From: Phoronis australis
Taxonomy: Eukaryota; Animalia; Phoronida
Direction: 5' to 3'
DNA length: 64,000 bases
NCBI GenBank assembly: GCA_002633005.1
Contig: NMRA01000006.1
Coordinates: 80,485-144,484, forward strand
The position numbers and the translations under genes are program-made. Of the stretch, positions 26,457 through 38,593 are shown piece after piece. The notes beneath the pieces are model-generated. The model was not told where the DNA came from, did not search any database, and saw nothing but the letters and a program-made list of their open reading frames with translations. The first letter of the stretch is position 1, and each line of letters opens with the position of its first letter.

Positions 26457-29400
26457 ATGTCTCCAAAGAACTGCTGTGTCTGTGGTAAGAAGATAACAAA
26501 AGATCGTCTGCTGTGGTTAGTTGAACTTTTCCTTGAAAGTCATTTAAAGGCCCTTTCTCATATCGTTAACTTTGCTACAATCAAAGCTTCGATGTTAATT
26601 GTGGTTAATTTCAAATTTAATCATAAGTGTTTGCATCAACTTTGTATAGATTTTCATTTTTGGAAATGTCAGAAACTAAAAAAGACAACACCTCTAACTC
26701 GATTTGCAAAAGACCAGAATCAGCTCTGCTTTTCTGGCCTTAAAGGCGAAGGCAACCTTTTTCCATGTCATTTTGAGCTAAAATAAGGTTGGTTGGTTAT
26801 CCTAGACATATTTTTCACTTAATTACAGCTTTTCGTAATTTTATTAATTATTCGTCCGCTTTTCCGGAAGTGACGTTTTAGGAGGCAAGCGCTTCCCGCC
26901 AATTTCTTTTCACATAGTCTGACTGTGAGAGCTGCCGAGTCAGTCATTGTTCTACCTCGGTTGTGTTAAGTTCCGTCGTCGTTCGCTTTCATTTACTAGT
27001 CAGTCAACATGCCACACTGTTGCTGCGTACCGGGATGTAGTAATTATCGGCTCACGCGCGCTTTGGGAGTGCCTTTGCATCGCTTTCCGATGGATGACAC
27101 ACTTCGCCGTACTTGGCTCGTTCGTGTGAAGAACGCAGCGTTACCCGTCCACGCAACGTACAAAGCAGTGGAGAATTACCGTGTGTGTGGCAAGCACTTT
27201 CTGCCGTCCGATTACGAAAGGGATTTGTACGCTGAACTGATGAAGGTCCCCGCGAAACAACGCTTGAAGAAGGATGCCATTCCGTCTGTGTTGATTCCCG
27301 GCAGTGCCCCGTCGCCACCCCCGAGAAGTGCGTTTTTGAAGCGAGAAGCCTCGCGAGCTGTGGCCAGTACAGTGACTGGAGCCAGTGGAGGCACTTCATC
27401 TACTGTCACCCGTGCCTNNNNNNNNNNNNNNNNNNNNNNNNNNNNNNNNNNNNNNNNNNNNNNNNNNNNNNNNNNNNNNNNNNNNNNNNNNNNNNNNNNN
27501 NNNNNNNNNNNNNNNNNNNNNNNNNNNNNNNNNNNNNNNNNNNNNNNNNNNNNNNGCGACAATTGGTGAAAAATAGCACAAAACAAAAGTAGAATAGAAC
27601 AGATTCGCACAGTAAGCTCAACGCAAAACCAAGTGGCGGGAAGCGCTTGCCTCCTAAAACGTCACTTCCGGAAAAGCGGACGAGTAATTAATAAAATTAC
27701 GAAAAGCTGTAATTAAGTGAAAAATATGTCTAGGATAACCAACCAACCTTATTTTAGCTCAAAATGACATGGAAAAAGGTTGCCTTCGCCTTTAAATCTT
27801 AGCTCATTTTACTGTTCTTTATTCATATTGACATGCGATAGAATTTTTGTCTCGTGTAATGCCGGTTTTGAAAACACGTTTTGGTTCGTGTTTTTGTCCG
27901 TAACCATGTTTCTGTTCCTTAAAACCACCTGCAAATCCACCTTCTACCAAAAACTGAAATACGAGAATGGTCTTTCCTTAAGTGTGCATGCGCAAATGAA
28001 CGGTTGTACTTAATTGTTTTGTTTTTTTTCTTTTTGTACTTGTTTATAAATGATAATAAACACGTGGAAAAAACAAAAAAATGAAATTATAGTATTACTG
28101 TTATAAATCTGGTCTTGCCTTGTTCCTTACTCAGGTTAAAGGTGACCTGGATTGGGAATGACTGGAAGTATTTGTTAACCGTTGAGACCAAGCTTATGCT
28201 GTCAGTGCAAGTCGGGTTTTGCAACGGCAAAGCTTTTTGAAAGTGTCCATTGTGAACTCAGAAGTCATTTAGTCTTCAAGCTAAATTTTGCCTTGTTTAG
28301 CTGGCTAAATCATATTAGCTCTTCAACTCAGATAAAATCCATCTCATAATATACCTTACCATGATGGGATTTTTATTTCGGTTACCAACTCTGGTCACAG
28401 GCAATGCGTACATGCGCCATTTTTGCATTCACAATTTTAGGCCTAGCCAAACCCACTAAACTCTGAAGCGTTGTCTTGTGTCGCTCAGTGTTTTGATGTT
28501 TTGTTGGCAACACAATCGAACCTAATCATGGTAAGGAATGTTATGACTGAGGTTATGAAAAAGGTAAAACGCTGCAGCTCCGTTTTCACTGCTAAGCCCG
28601 TTGAAACGCAGCTTTAATTGAGGTGAGCAATAAGTTGACATCACTTTTGTGGAAATGGCAGTGTCCTCCACAACAGAAAATTCTAACTCGAGGGGAATTA
28701 CAAAATTCATAACCATGTTCGAAATTGTGTGCCTTTACTAAGGGGAGTTGGTATGCTAAGGCTTGGAGTACATGCATTTAACTGGAGCCAAAATGTCTTA
28801 ATGTGGTTTAATATGAAAAATCGTTTTCCAAAAGCTCAAATTTGTTGCGTAGATTTTCAAACTTGACTCGAGTAAGTGAAACTTGTCAAGGTGGAATTTA
28901 ACCTCGTTCATGCAACAAGTCGAAACAGGTTTTGGAGAACACTGAGTCGTGTAAATTAAAAGTTAGCTTATTTGACGGATGACGGTCTTACGGTAACTTT
29001 AATACGAATTTTCTCGTCATGATGGCTGGGTGGAAGCCGCATTCATTGTCCAGAGTCTCCCCTCATGACCGAGAATTAAAGGGAACTGGAACAGAAAGTT
29101 AGGAAGGAGGCTAGACCATTCTGTAATTAGAATTTTGCCATCCTAGTAGTCATAACCAGTAATTTTTGCCAGTACCCAACATGACACGGAAAACAGAATT
29201 TTGTCTGATTACTTTGGTCTTGTACTGTAATCAGTGCAGTGGGGTACTTTAAATTGCACATCTTATTTTGGTGAGTGTTGTAAATTATTGGTATTACTGT
29301 TGCAGCGTCTTCTGTTCTGCTGTCCAGTTTTGCAGTACCGCCTGTGAACGAACTGCCTCTCGGGATCTCTCCCAACATGGTCACGCCACCTGGTGCTCAA

Positions 29401-32400
29401 AAATGAAGGACTACATGGCTGAAGAGGTGGCATTGGCCGCACTTCCTTTCACATTTGCCAATGGTAAGACATCTTTTTTTTCACTTCTCTTGTGAACTCT
29501 TTCAGTGCCTCGCATGCCCTTCGGCGAGTTACCCGGTCACTTTCGAACACGCTGATCGCAAGACTGATATTTTCCTGTTCTTGACCCTGTTAATCCTCCA
29601 TTTCGTAGGAGATTTTTCTGCAGTTTAACAGCATTGGCATTAGACAGAATGACCGTTTTACAAATGATAGTGTGTTCGTGTTTTGCGACTTTTTGACGAA
29701 ATTTTAATTCATCAGTTAACTGTCGCAGTTTTAAGGTTGGACTACTTCATTAAACTCCGAAGGGTGTTCTTGAGTCGCTGATGGCTTTGATATATTCTTG
29801 TTGGTAGAAATTGTACCCTATCACAATATGGAATAGTATCAAACTGATACAGTTATGAAAGGTATAGTTCTAATTCGACTTTCAACTAATTCAATAGAAT
29901 GAAGTTACGCTGGCTCAACATCTTGCCAGGAACATAAGAATTACGTCTGTCAGTCTGATTTTTTGCGATCTAGTTGATGATGATGATGATTTCGTTATGC
30001 TGTTGATTGATCTGATACAAAATATTCTCCATATATAGGCAATTGAAAATACAGGGAATGGCAATGCCAATGGAGATCATAATTACTAGAGGACTTGCTA
30101 ATGGATTATTTGTAGAAAAATGTGTTTGTTGGAGTTAATATCCTTTTGCCAACTTAGTCTAAATTTGGATAAAAAACATATCAGCTCCAAGCATGTTCAC
30201 TCAAGACAAATTCTGTAAATTTTGGTAAATATTCCATAACGATTGAGCAATGATGTTTAAATGATGTGCACTTCAACTCGCCTGGTTTTGGCTAAATTTC
30301 CTTTTGACTTCAAGGCCACAGACATTCCTCAGCTCTGTCAAGAGAATGTGCTATTTATACCATATGGGGCTCAGGTTCGAATGAGTTAAGAGAAAGTTTG
30401 GTTAAGTCCATAACTTTTTAATTTTTTTTAGTGACAACTTCGCCAGAGTTCACTATGAAGGCGTATGCTGACTTTCTCCGCAAGAGTGGGGTATATGGGT
30501 GTGGCTTTTGGAGACACGAGGCCAACTATTGGATGAAGTGTGGTGATGGACAGTTGACTTTTGGTACGACACTATTGAATATAGAGTGAAATTTTGGATA
30601 GTGAAACTTACCCTTGTAAACAAGCTGTCACAAAATTCAAGCTTCATACAATTTTGTGTACAGGGCAAACGAAATGGAATGATTCTGCTACACTCTTGCA
30701 ATGCTATGAGGGGTAGTGCAGTAAAAGGATTATGTAACATGTCTTCTCATTGGCTAAGAGAGTGAAGTAATATTCAGTTATTCTGATTGGTGGGAAAATA
30801 TCTTTATGCTGTAATAGAGGGTAAGCTTCTACTGAAATCTCGCTAACCAGTAACACTAGGTTTTGCCTTTTGTTGCTAGGCTGGACTCCCAATATGAATT
30901 GTATTGATCAAAACGGAAACAAAAGAATTTCAATATACTTCTTTATAAGTAATGCCAGCACCACCTTTTTGGGTTTTTTATGCGAAATGTCCTGTGTTCA
31001 GTTTATTCCTACGACGGTTTTTGTGTTTGGTAGATCCGTTTTCAAAGATTTACTCAGTCTGGTTAATATCTTTTGTCATGTGGTAAAGCAGCATGCCGAT
31101 CATTTGTAAAATAACCCTATTGAAATTAGGTATGGATACTAAGCCTGACTTTGTAATGCAAAGAGTTGAGGCCACATGTATTGATTGAATGCTTTTGGAG
31201 CTAGATGTACTATTAAGTGATGAAGAATATGATTCATCCATGTCCATGTACATGACTAATTATGAATAATTCAGCCAGTCATACCTAGTTAAGATGGTCA
31301 TCTGGGGGTCTCATCTCTTCCCGACATTCTTGTGAAAGTGTATGGTTGCGACCTCTGTTGGGTAGTAAGTGATATGGCTGAGAGTAGACTTGAGATTGCC
31401 ATTTGACCATTTTCTGTGGAAGGGGACGGTTGTGATACCCGCAATGTAAAGTTTTATCTTGGTACATCTGGCTGAAATATTCCTGATTAGTCATATATCT
31501 GGATGTACCATGCTAACTTGATTTATTCTTTATTGAAGTTGGCTTTGCCTGGCTTTAAATGCAGTACATTGTGACTCAGTAATGAGTGGCAATAAGTTTT
31601 CATACATTGCTGGGATTTTCGCTGTAGGAGAGCTTCCACCGGACGACAGTGGCTACGTTCTGCCTGTCGAGTCACTGGTGTTGGATGAAGATTTCGACGT
31701 CACCGCAACAGACATCACTGACTGGCACTCCTACTATTGCGCCCGCGGCTTTAGGCTAGACTCTCCCATTTCCATAGTTCTGCAATATGTCATGACACTG
31801 TATCACACTTGGGCGAGGTGTCTACCGGATGACTGTTAAGTATATGACTGTTGTTTGGGGGATACTGATTTTGAGAACCAATTGGATGCTCGTTACTCAG
31901 TAGAGAAAACAATATGTCCAGTTTTGCTATAAAAAGAATGACATTTTGATTGTTTACATCATTGATGATACTAAATAGGATTTTAACTGTATCTTAAGCA
32001 ACATTTTGGTAAAAGTAGATCGTTTATAATTCATGCAAAAAAAATCTGACAAAGTTACTCAAACTACCCCCTTCCATCATGACGGCTAAGTGCAAACAAA
32101 ACTCCCGGTTGTGACGGTTGAGTGTAAGCAAAATTCACCGTCAAGAGTGCCTAGAATGACCCGTCACGGCCTGGGAACGGTATGTTGTGCGATAACATTT
32201 GGTGTCTATAGCACATCAGCGTAGTGAGCTTTTGAAAGGTATGCAGTACAAGACGATAGTAATTGGACAAAATTCCATTTCCCTGTCATGGTGGCTAACG
32301 ATGGATGTGACTTCTGTCCAAGCGCCATGACAGTGATTTCCAGTTAATTTTGTCTGAATGCTTTTGGCATGTACTGTAGCTCAGTTTCATATGTAAGCCT

Positions 32401-35315
32401 TTGAAAATGGAAAAGAGTCAATTCAGCATTTGTCCTGAATTGAAATTTTCTTACGGTAAAGTGGCGTGATTTTCGGACGGCCCGCCATTTTCGACCAAGA
32501 ATAAATATTTCCGAAATGAGTTTTTCATAGTCCACGAAATTCGTACAAGGTCCAAAAACTGTTTTTCAAAGATCCTCGAATTTCGGACATTGTCATAAAC
32601 ATCGGAATTTTGTCCCGCGACTTTCGGACAAGGAAACTTTAGAAACGGTAATTTGGGGTCGACGCAACTCCCGTGTCACTAAAGCGTTCAACGGATGATT
32701 ACTACTGTATAAGGCTTGAGTCCGAGAATAGGTATAACGGGTTTGTAATTTTTACCTTGTCTTGACGATGTCACGACCGTTACTCGATTGTCTTGCGTTT
32801 AGCTTGTGTTTGGCGCTTTAGCTATGAAAAGAATCACCGAGTTCCGCATAACGAAAATTTCTGATGAAAATACAAATAGGAAATACACCGAAGGCTGCAA
32901 CTTTTCGTTGTTGCGTAACATGTGCTCTGGTTTAAATAGGCCGTGCTGTTCGACTCCCGACTGTGACATTGAACATGCACGCCTGACATCAACTTGCGCG
33001 TTTACGAAACGTTTTTATTTTAAAACGTCCTGACCTTTGCAAATGCCCAACTATTGCTGGACAATAAGTTTTGCTGCCACTTACCCGCATCCCCGCGAAT
33101 GATTGAAATCTTCGTGAAGCCGTTCTGGGCTTGCTTAATAATTTTGAATGGGACAGTTAGCACCACTGACTAACATTCTGATAACGCAATTTTTGGGTTG
33201 AAACGAAAATTTTTCATTAAAAATCTGTTTGCAGTTCAAACGTCTTTCGTTTTTTAGTGTCTTCTTGGTAGTGCTCATTCGTGTAATGTGTTAAGCAGTG
33301 TAAGGCCCAGCACTCAGAACGGCGTGCTGGCGCAGTGCCGCACACGCAATTGCTACAGGGACACTGCATCCCCGCCTTATGTTGTGTATACTAAGTGCCT
33401 GTACTATAACACATATCAAAAACTAATGTACACCCACGTAACCACGCTTCACTACCCTTACAAATTCTCTTTCTCTGATAAGCATCACAGATGCAAGAAT
33501 CTCGCTAAAGAAGCTGGTGTGATCGTGTGCTTCGCTTGCAATACTTGACCATATGTCTCGAAGTCTTCAGACTAGCGTGCTCGTGAGATTCTCACCCTTG
33601 CGGCCCTGGACGAAGACTAGAGTAGAGTTCAGTAGCTGTCTTGGGAATAGAAAAATCTAGCCAAAATCACGTTTTCAACTGAAAATACACAATATGCCAC
33701 GTAATTTCACGAATTCTTGCTTTTTAGTGAAGTCCTTGCGTTACGAGCTTTACCCCTATGTAGACCTAAAAAAGATTGAATATGCAGCGACCTAATTTTG
33801 CTTGCTCATCCACTGGTCTGTGTACTTGTGGTCTTGTTAATTCGCGCCTTCTACCGTCTGAGGTACAACACCCTGGACTCCATGGTGTCCCAAGATTAAG
33901 ATGAATCCCGTTGGGAATTTTTGAAGTATACAGTAATCCAGAGAAATAGATTTGTAATTTTCATATCCTGTTGATCACTGCCAATACTAGTGTACTTATT
34001 TTAATGATTAATCATTTGTTGGTTTGTAGTCGCCACCAGTGCAAAGGATGTCATCACAATTGGAATTCTCGGAGTGGAGAAGGAGTGCGAGATGATAGCT
34101 ACGTTTTTTGTACGTATTGGTATCCCCTGAAGTTGATGTGCTTTCTGATAGACGTCCTTTAAGAGGAGGGGTTCAGGCATCAACGTGACAACTGATCACA
34201 TGGAACTGGATACTAGTGACCTCTAGAGGATGAGGAGGCATTTTCACTTTTGCTTAAAACACGTCATGTCTCATTGTGTACACCGTAAAACGAGGTCTTT
34301 TCACAAAGTCAAATACATTACCATATGCTACCCGTCGCAAAGAAGTACCTCCTTGTACATCCAGGTGGGGCTAAGAGTTGGTGGTCCCACGTGATGAGCC
34401 CCATCACTTCCTGTAATTGTCTCCCGTTAACACTGGTTGTTGGATTATTGGCTAGAGTAGGAGGGAACTTTTGAATGCTTTATAAAGCTCTGGTGGGTGT
34501 GAATAGCTAATAGCAAAAGTGTGTCAATGCAGACATGAATCAGTTATTAAAGGTATAGTCTCAAAGTTTAGTTAGTTTGTCAAAAAACAGACCTTTGTGA
34601 ACTATTGCAACAGCTGCCTAGAAGCACATTTCATAAATATTTGCTCTTTAATTGTGACCTGTAACTTCATTTTCTGTCTTCCAGTTAAATTGGGTATTAC
34701 CATTTTTGCAGCCAAAAACGCATTTTTTGGATTAGCGTTGGACTGGATAAACTTTTTGAGGTTATTAGTTTTGACTTGAGATATGGAACTACAAAATCCA
34801 TTGTTTTTGTGATTTTATTATAAATCCCTAAGTCTCCCGTTGTCTGCCAAACATTCGTTGAAATAAAAACTGGCTACTTTAACAGTTGTATTCTATGCTT
34901 ATAAAACTACCATTTGTCAAGAAGGTTTTAGCACTGCCGTCATAGTGTTAGGCAGCAACCATGGGATTCTAGGTTCGGATTCCACACTCGGGGTGTTCTC
35001 AGAAATTCATTTTTCTCACCGATAATGTCCTTTTAAAGCAAGCACCTTAGCATGCATTGTCCTTGCCATTATGTCAATCGCTTACAGGAACTTTCTCGGT
35101 TGAAACCCTCCTGGAACATCGGCATTCACATGTTCGGACCAGAAATTTCTGTCAAAATGGATGGCCTTGTAACCCGCTTCAACAAGCTAGCCATAACCGG
35201 GCACAGGACATTGTTTCACAAACATGGCAGCTGCAAGGCATTTGACTTTGTGCTAGGGTTCAACGCCGGCGTGGGAGCCTACGTGTCGTGGAACGATACA
35301 CTGAAATGTCTTAAG
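26457..35315 (+). CDS. ZMYND15: ZMYND15/MSS51-like MYND zinc-finger protein, six coding exons (26457-26515, 29306-29463, 30432-30563, 31628-31834, 34030-34109, 35088-35315), 288 aa, 3' end not found
   Basis: All introns are GT-AG and phase-compatible (2,1,1,1,0). Spliced product: MSPKNCCVCGKKITKDRLLCVFCSAVQFCSTACERTASRDLSQHGHATWC (complete MYND finger), then LAALPFTF, DWHSYYCARGFRLDSPISIVLQYVMTLYH, ILGVEKECEM, ELSRLKP..HMFGPEI, FDFVLGFNAG..SW. These match the ZMYND15/MSS51 motif order as I recall it; the symbol is a family-level call. Confidence 0.85.
27009..27417 (+). CDS. THAP-domain N-terminus of the Kolobok transposase (runs into N gap)
   Basis: MPHCCCVPGCSN..LHRFP..W..VCGKHF..RLKKDAIPS is the canonical C2CH THAP signature with an AVPT-like box. 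Confidence 0.9.
27418..27555. other. Assembly gap (138 N)
   Basis: N run seen directly. Confidence 1.
34935..35050 (+). mobile_element. tRNA-derived SINE relic; related copy at ~45840-46000
   Basis: B-box-like GGTTCG(G/A)AT followed by a shared body TCTCAGA(A/C)ATT..TCTC..CGA(T/C)AATGT(C/T)C(T/C)TTTAAAG in both copies. Confidence 0.45.
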
Positions 35316-36469
35316 GTGAGCAGAATTTCAAACGATTCGAATTGCATGAAATCTGCGCGAGTGTTTTTGTTGTTTTATTTTACTTAAGAATATATTATGT
35401 TTCTTCTACTGTTCCTTGTGTTAATAAAAGTGAGCACTGACTGCGTGCACCTAATTGTGGAGCTGCGCATGATTGCTGAAGCTAGGCGCATCCACGTATG
35501 TATGAGACATTTGAGTAGAACTTGCCCAATTACGGTATTTTGCATATATGGTGTTGATTTGCATAGAGTCCAAATGTAAGTCAAATAATTTGCATTAAAG
35601 CGTAATAGTGGTATTAAAGTAACATTTTAGATGGCGGAGATGTTACAATCAGGTCAAAAGGATTTCTTTGAAATAAAGAATTTTAAAACTTATTTTTAGT
35701 ATATTTTCATTACTTCAGGGCTTGGAATTTTCCGCGGAAACGCGAATTTCCGCTTTTTTCAAATGTTCTGTCCGCGTATTTTATTATATTTCCGCGTAAA
35801 AAAAATCGGATTTGATATAAAATTTCCACGGCAAATTTCTTTCTTACCGCCGTGTTGCCGACGACTTTCACCTCGAAAAGCGGAAGTTGCTCTTTATGTT
35901 TCGGAGGAACATAAATTGTCAACATTGCCGGGGCATCTGGGATAGCATGGTGGATTTCCTGAATGGCGGCTCATGTGATTGTAAACCGCAATGACAAATA
36001 CTACGACTCTGCTGCCAAAAACGTTTGGAGGTGGGAGTGGCAGACGAGCTAAGACAGACGCAGGCGCACGCTTCCGGAGGTGGTACCTTTTTTTTTTTGA
36101 TTTTTGTCGACAAAGGGTCCACACCGACTTTTTCAAGGCTGGCTGTGCNGTACAAATTATTAGAGCATTGACCGTACCTGAAGGACCTGGGCAAATCCCT
36201 TTAGACCAGTGTGATGCATGTGAAAGTAGATGCCTGTGTTCTTTGATTACGTTATCAGATAGTGGTTCAAGCTTGGATTCACAATATTCAATACATTTTT
36301 ACAACCCAAGCGAAATGGACGAAATTAAATTCAGGATTTCGTCTAATCTGTTGATCGGGGACAATATCAGCGGCTAGTCTCAAAAGTCCAAGATTGGTCA
36401 CTAGATTTACAGTAGTTCATGCGTCACAGCCACATTGGTGAGGTATGTTAATTTAAGTTCTTAAAAAGC

Positions 36470-37725
36470 CTACAGAGAGGTCTAAGGTCTTGGGCTTTCC
36501 GCCCATCAAAACGGTGATTCATACGAAAGCCGGCTGGCAATTCAAGACATATATTGTTCAACATGGCCTGTTACCTCGCGCAATGTGGGGCCTAATGCTT
36601 CAGAACATCCAAATATCTGTGGTTGACGCCCTGGAGAAAGCAATGGTTTAGGACTTTGGGATTCACCCAGTTTCACTCCGTTAAAGCAGACCAGCAGAGC
36701 TTAGCGACTTTTGACCTCAATGTTGGAGGAATTTCAAGTGGCAAAGTGGAGACTGGTTCTTACCTTGAAGGGCATTAGGGACTTGAAGGTGAGGGAGGGA
36801 GTATTCATGGCGGAAATTAGGGAGAGGATAGTCCGACCAGACACAGTTCAGTGAGTCATGTTGGAAATATGCTGCAGTTGGCCAAAGGAGAGCATCGGCA
36901 ACACCTGTGTCGAACTCCATGCAATTTAGATAGACAGCGAGAAGCAACAGAACGTGATTTTCCGAGCTAAGGCGAGAACATCAAATATAGGAACCTGGTG
37001 CAAGAAACAGGCGAAACCTTCCCGAGAGGAAGTTAACGTGAACAAATGTCTGCAGAATGGCTCTGATTCTTCTTCAATATCTACTCTGCTCAGTTTATGA
37101 CATGTTGCCTATACCGTCGGGGCTAGTGGACGACCCAACCTGTGTGGCGGACTGAAGTAGCCACGTTGCCCCATCTGGGTGTAAGACGACTCTTCCGTGA
37201 GGCCGATACAGATAGCGTCATTACCTAGTTTTGAAAACTTGCAGATGAAAAAGGTGCTGAGCAGAATGCGAAATCCCTAGGCAAGCAGTCATTCACTTCC
37301 TTACGGGGGGATGAACCAGGAAAGAAGACATCAGTAGCCATGCATATTGGATGGGTCTGCTAGACAATGTTGGTTGACCTGGAAAAGAAGTCCGTGTTTC
37401 CGATAGAGTGAAGACAACTCTTCGACCTGACTTGATCCTGTGTTCCGAAGCCAAGTAGCGTATAAGTATCTCGAATTTACATTTTCTTGGGAAGAATGAT
37501 GCTAGGAGGCCCCCGTGAGGAAATCATCAAATTACAGTAAGCTACTTGAGAAATGCGGAGAAAACGGGTGGCAAACATGGTTGATTCCTGTAGAAATGGA
37601 ATGCACAGGGTTCCGTACTGGGTCCGCGGTTGCTGCAGAAGCTTGGCGTGCGAGTGAGCGCAGCATTGAGAAGGGTGGGTGAAATGGTGGAACAACATAT
37701 TGGGTGTGGTAGCGCCGTATTGAAG
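36470..37725 (+). mobile_element. 5'-truncated, degenerate HERO-type non-LTR retrotransposon (post-RT region and restriction-like endonuclease)
   Basis: Across frameshifts and stops: QHGLLPR.MW, EEFQVAKWRL, SVYDMLP.P, TTLRPDLILCS, LEFTFSWEE, RKSSNYSKLLEKCGENGWQTWLIPVEMECTGF. The last matches the RLE consensus RPD..ELTVPWE..RK..KY..GW....PVEVGCRGF. Confidence 0.8.
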
Positions 37726-38251
37726 GGACATTACGGTGTTTTCCCATTGCTCCCAACTTGTTCGATTCTATAGCCCTACAACAAGTTGGGAAGTTTACTC
37801 CTGTAGCCAATATCTTACACGACTGATTAACTCCATTCTGGTATTTATTGTTGGAGGGCCGGCTCTCTTTTGTTCGATAATTGCTCTAATCTCCGATCAG
37901 ATTATGTCTAGTCTGACTGGGCTGTGCTGCTAAAAATGAAAGTTAACTTATAACATATTCGAACATAAACCAATAGCATTTCTGAATTCCTTGTCAAATG
38001 CTGATCATGCTTAGTTTTTGAATCACCAAAATCGCCCAACTACAACAGAAGTTAAGACAATCCATTCTGCCAGGTTTCGCTAATTATAAACCTTTGAAGC
38101 CTGGCAGATAATTGGCCTGCTTGTTGTCATACGGTACAAAAGACTGTGCTGGGCAGTTAACAAAGGAGTCCGATGTTATCGCACGTTCAGAACCCCTCAC
38201 CCCGTCTGGAAAAGTTGCTGAACGACAGAACGCCGTCATGGGTAACATACG

Positions 38252-38257
38252 TTTATT
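38252..38257 (-). promoter_or_regulatory. Candidate polyadenylation signal of the NTase-TPR gene
   Basis: AATAAA on the minus strand ~340 nt after the stop codon. Confidence 0.4.
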
Positions 38258-38593
38258 ACGCAAAAAACAGTGACAATGTAATACATTCCCAAGTCCGTGT
38301 TAAACGCGTAACTCTGACCAATCAGCAAACACGTGATAGATGTGTCCCGCACATTCCTAAGCGCTCCGTAGTGCCATTATGGTCATGTCTAAACGCCCTA
38401 CAAATCTACAATACTGCATGGGTTGGAAATACCAAATAGTCCACCATACTTATTCCATAGAGCCTCAGTCTGCCGTCAGGGACACTCCTGAAACACAGAT
38501 ATTAAGTTTGTTTGATTTTCATCAACAATTCAAAGGTTCATTTGAACGTCAATTACAGCAAAATGACCACGAAGCTGTCCCTTTCCAGAAAAA

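Larger units (their letters stand above)
26744..27791 (+). mobile_element. Kolobok-type DNA transposon, young copy, inside coding intron 1 of the ZMYND15-like gene; interior hidden by assembly gap
   Basis: 158-bp TIRs (26744-26901 / 27634-27791) with a single mismatch; AG..CT termini; TTAA on both sides (26740-26743, 27792-27795); THAP ORF starting just inside the left TIR. Confidence 0.9.

Noticed and set aside
26457-26786. 109-aa ORF as a standalone or Chapaev/Transib-type protein
   Set aside because: Only the first 19 codons are exonic (donor at 26516); they complete the MYND finger with the 29306 exon.
26744-27791. piggyBac (TTAA) or domesticated host THAP gene
   Set aside because: Ends are AG..CT rather than CC..GG, and the THAP sits between near-perfect TIRs with a second degenerate copy in the window; this fits Kolobok.
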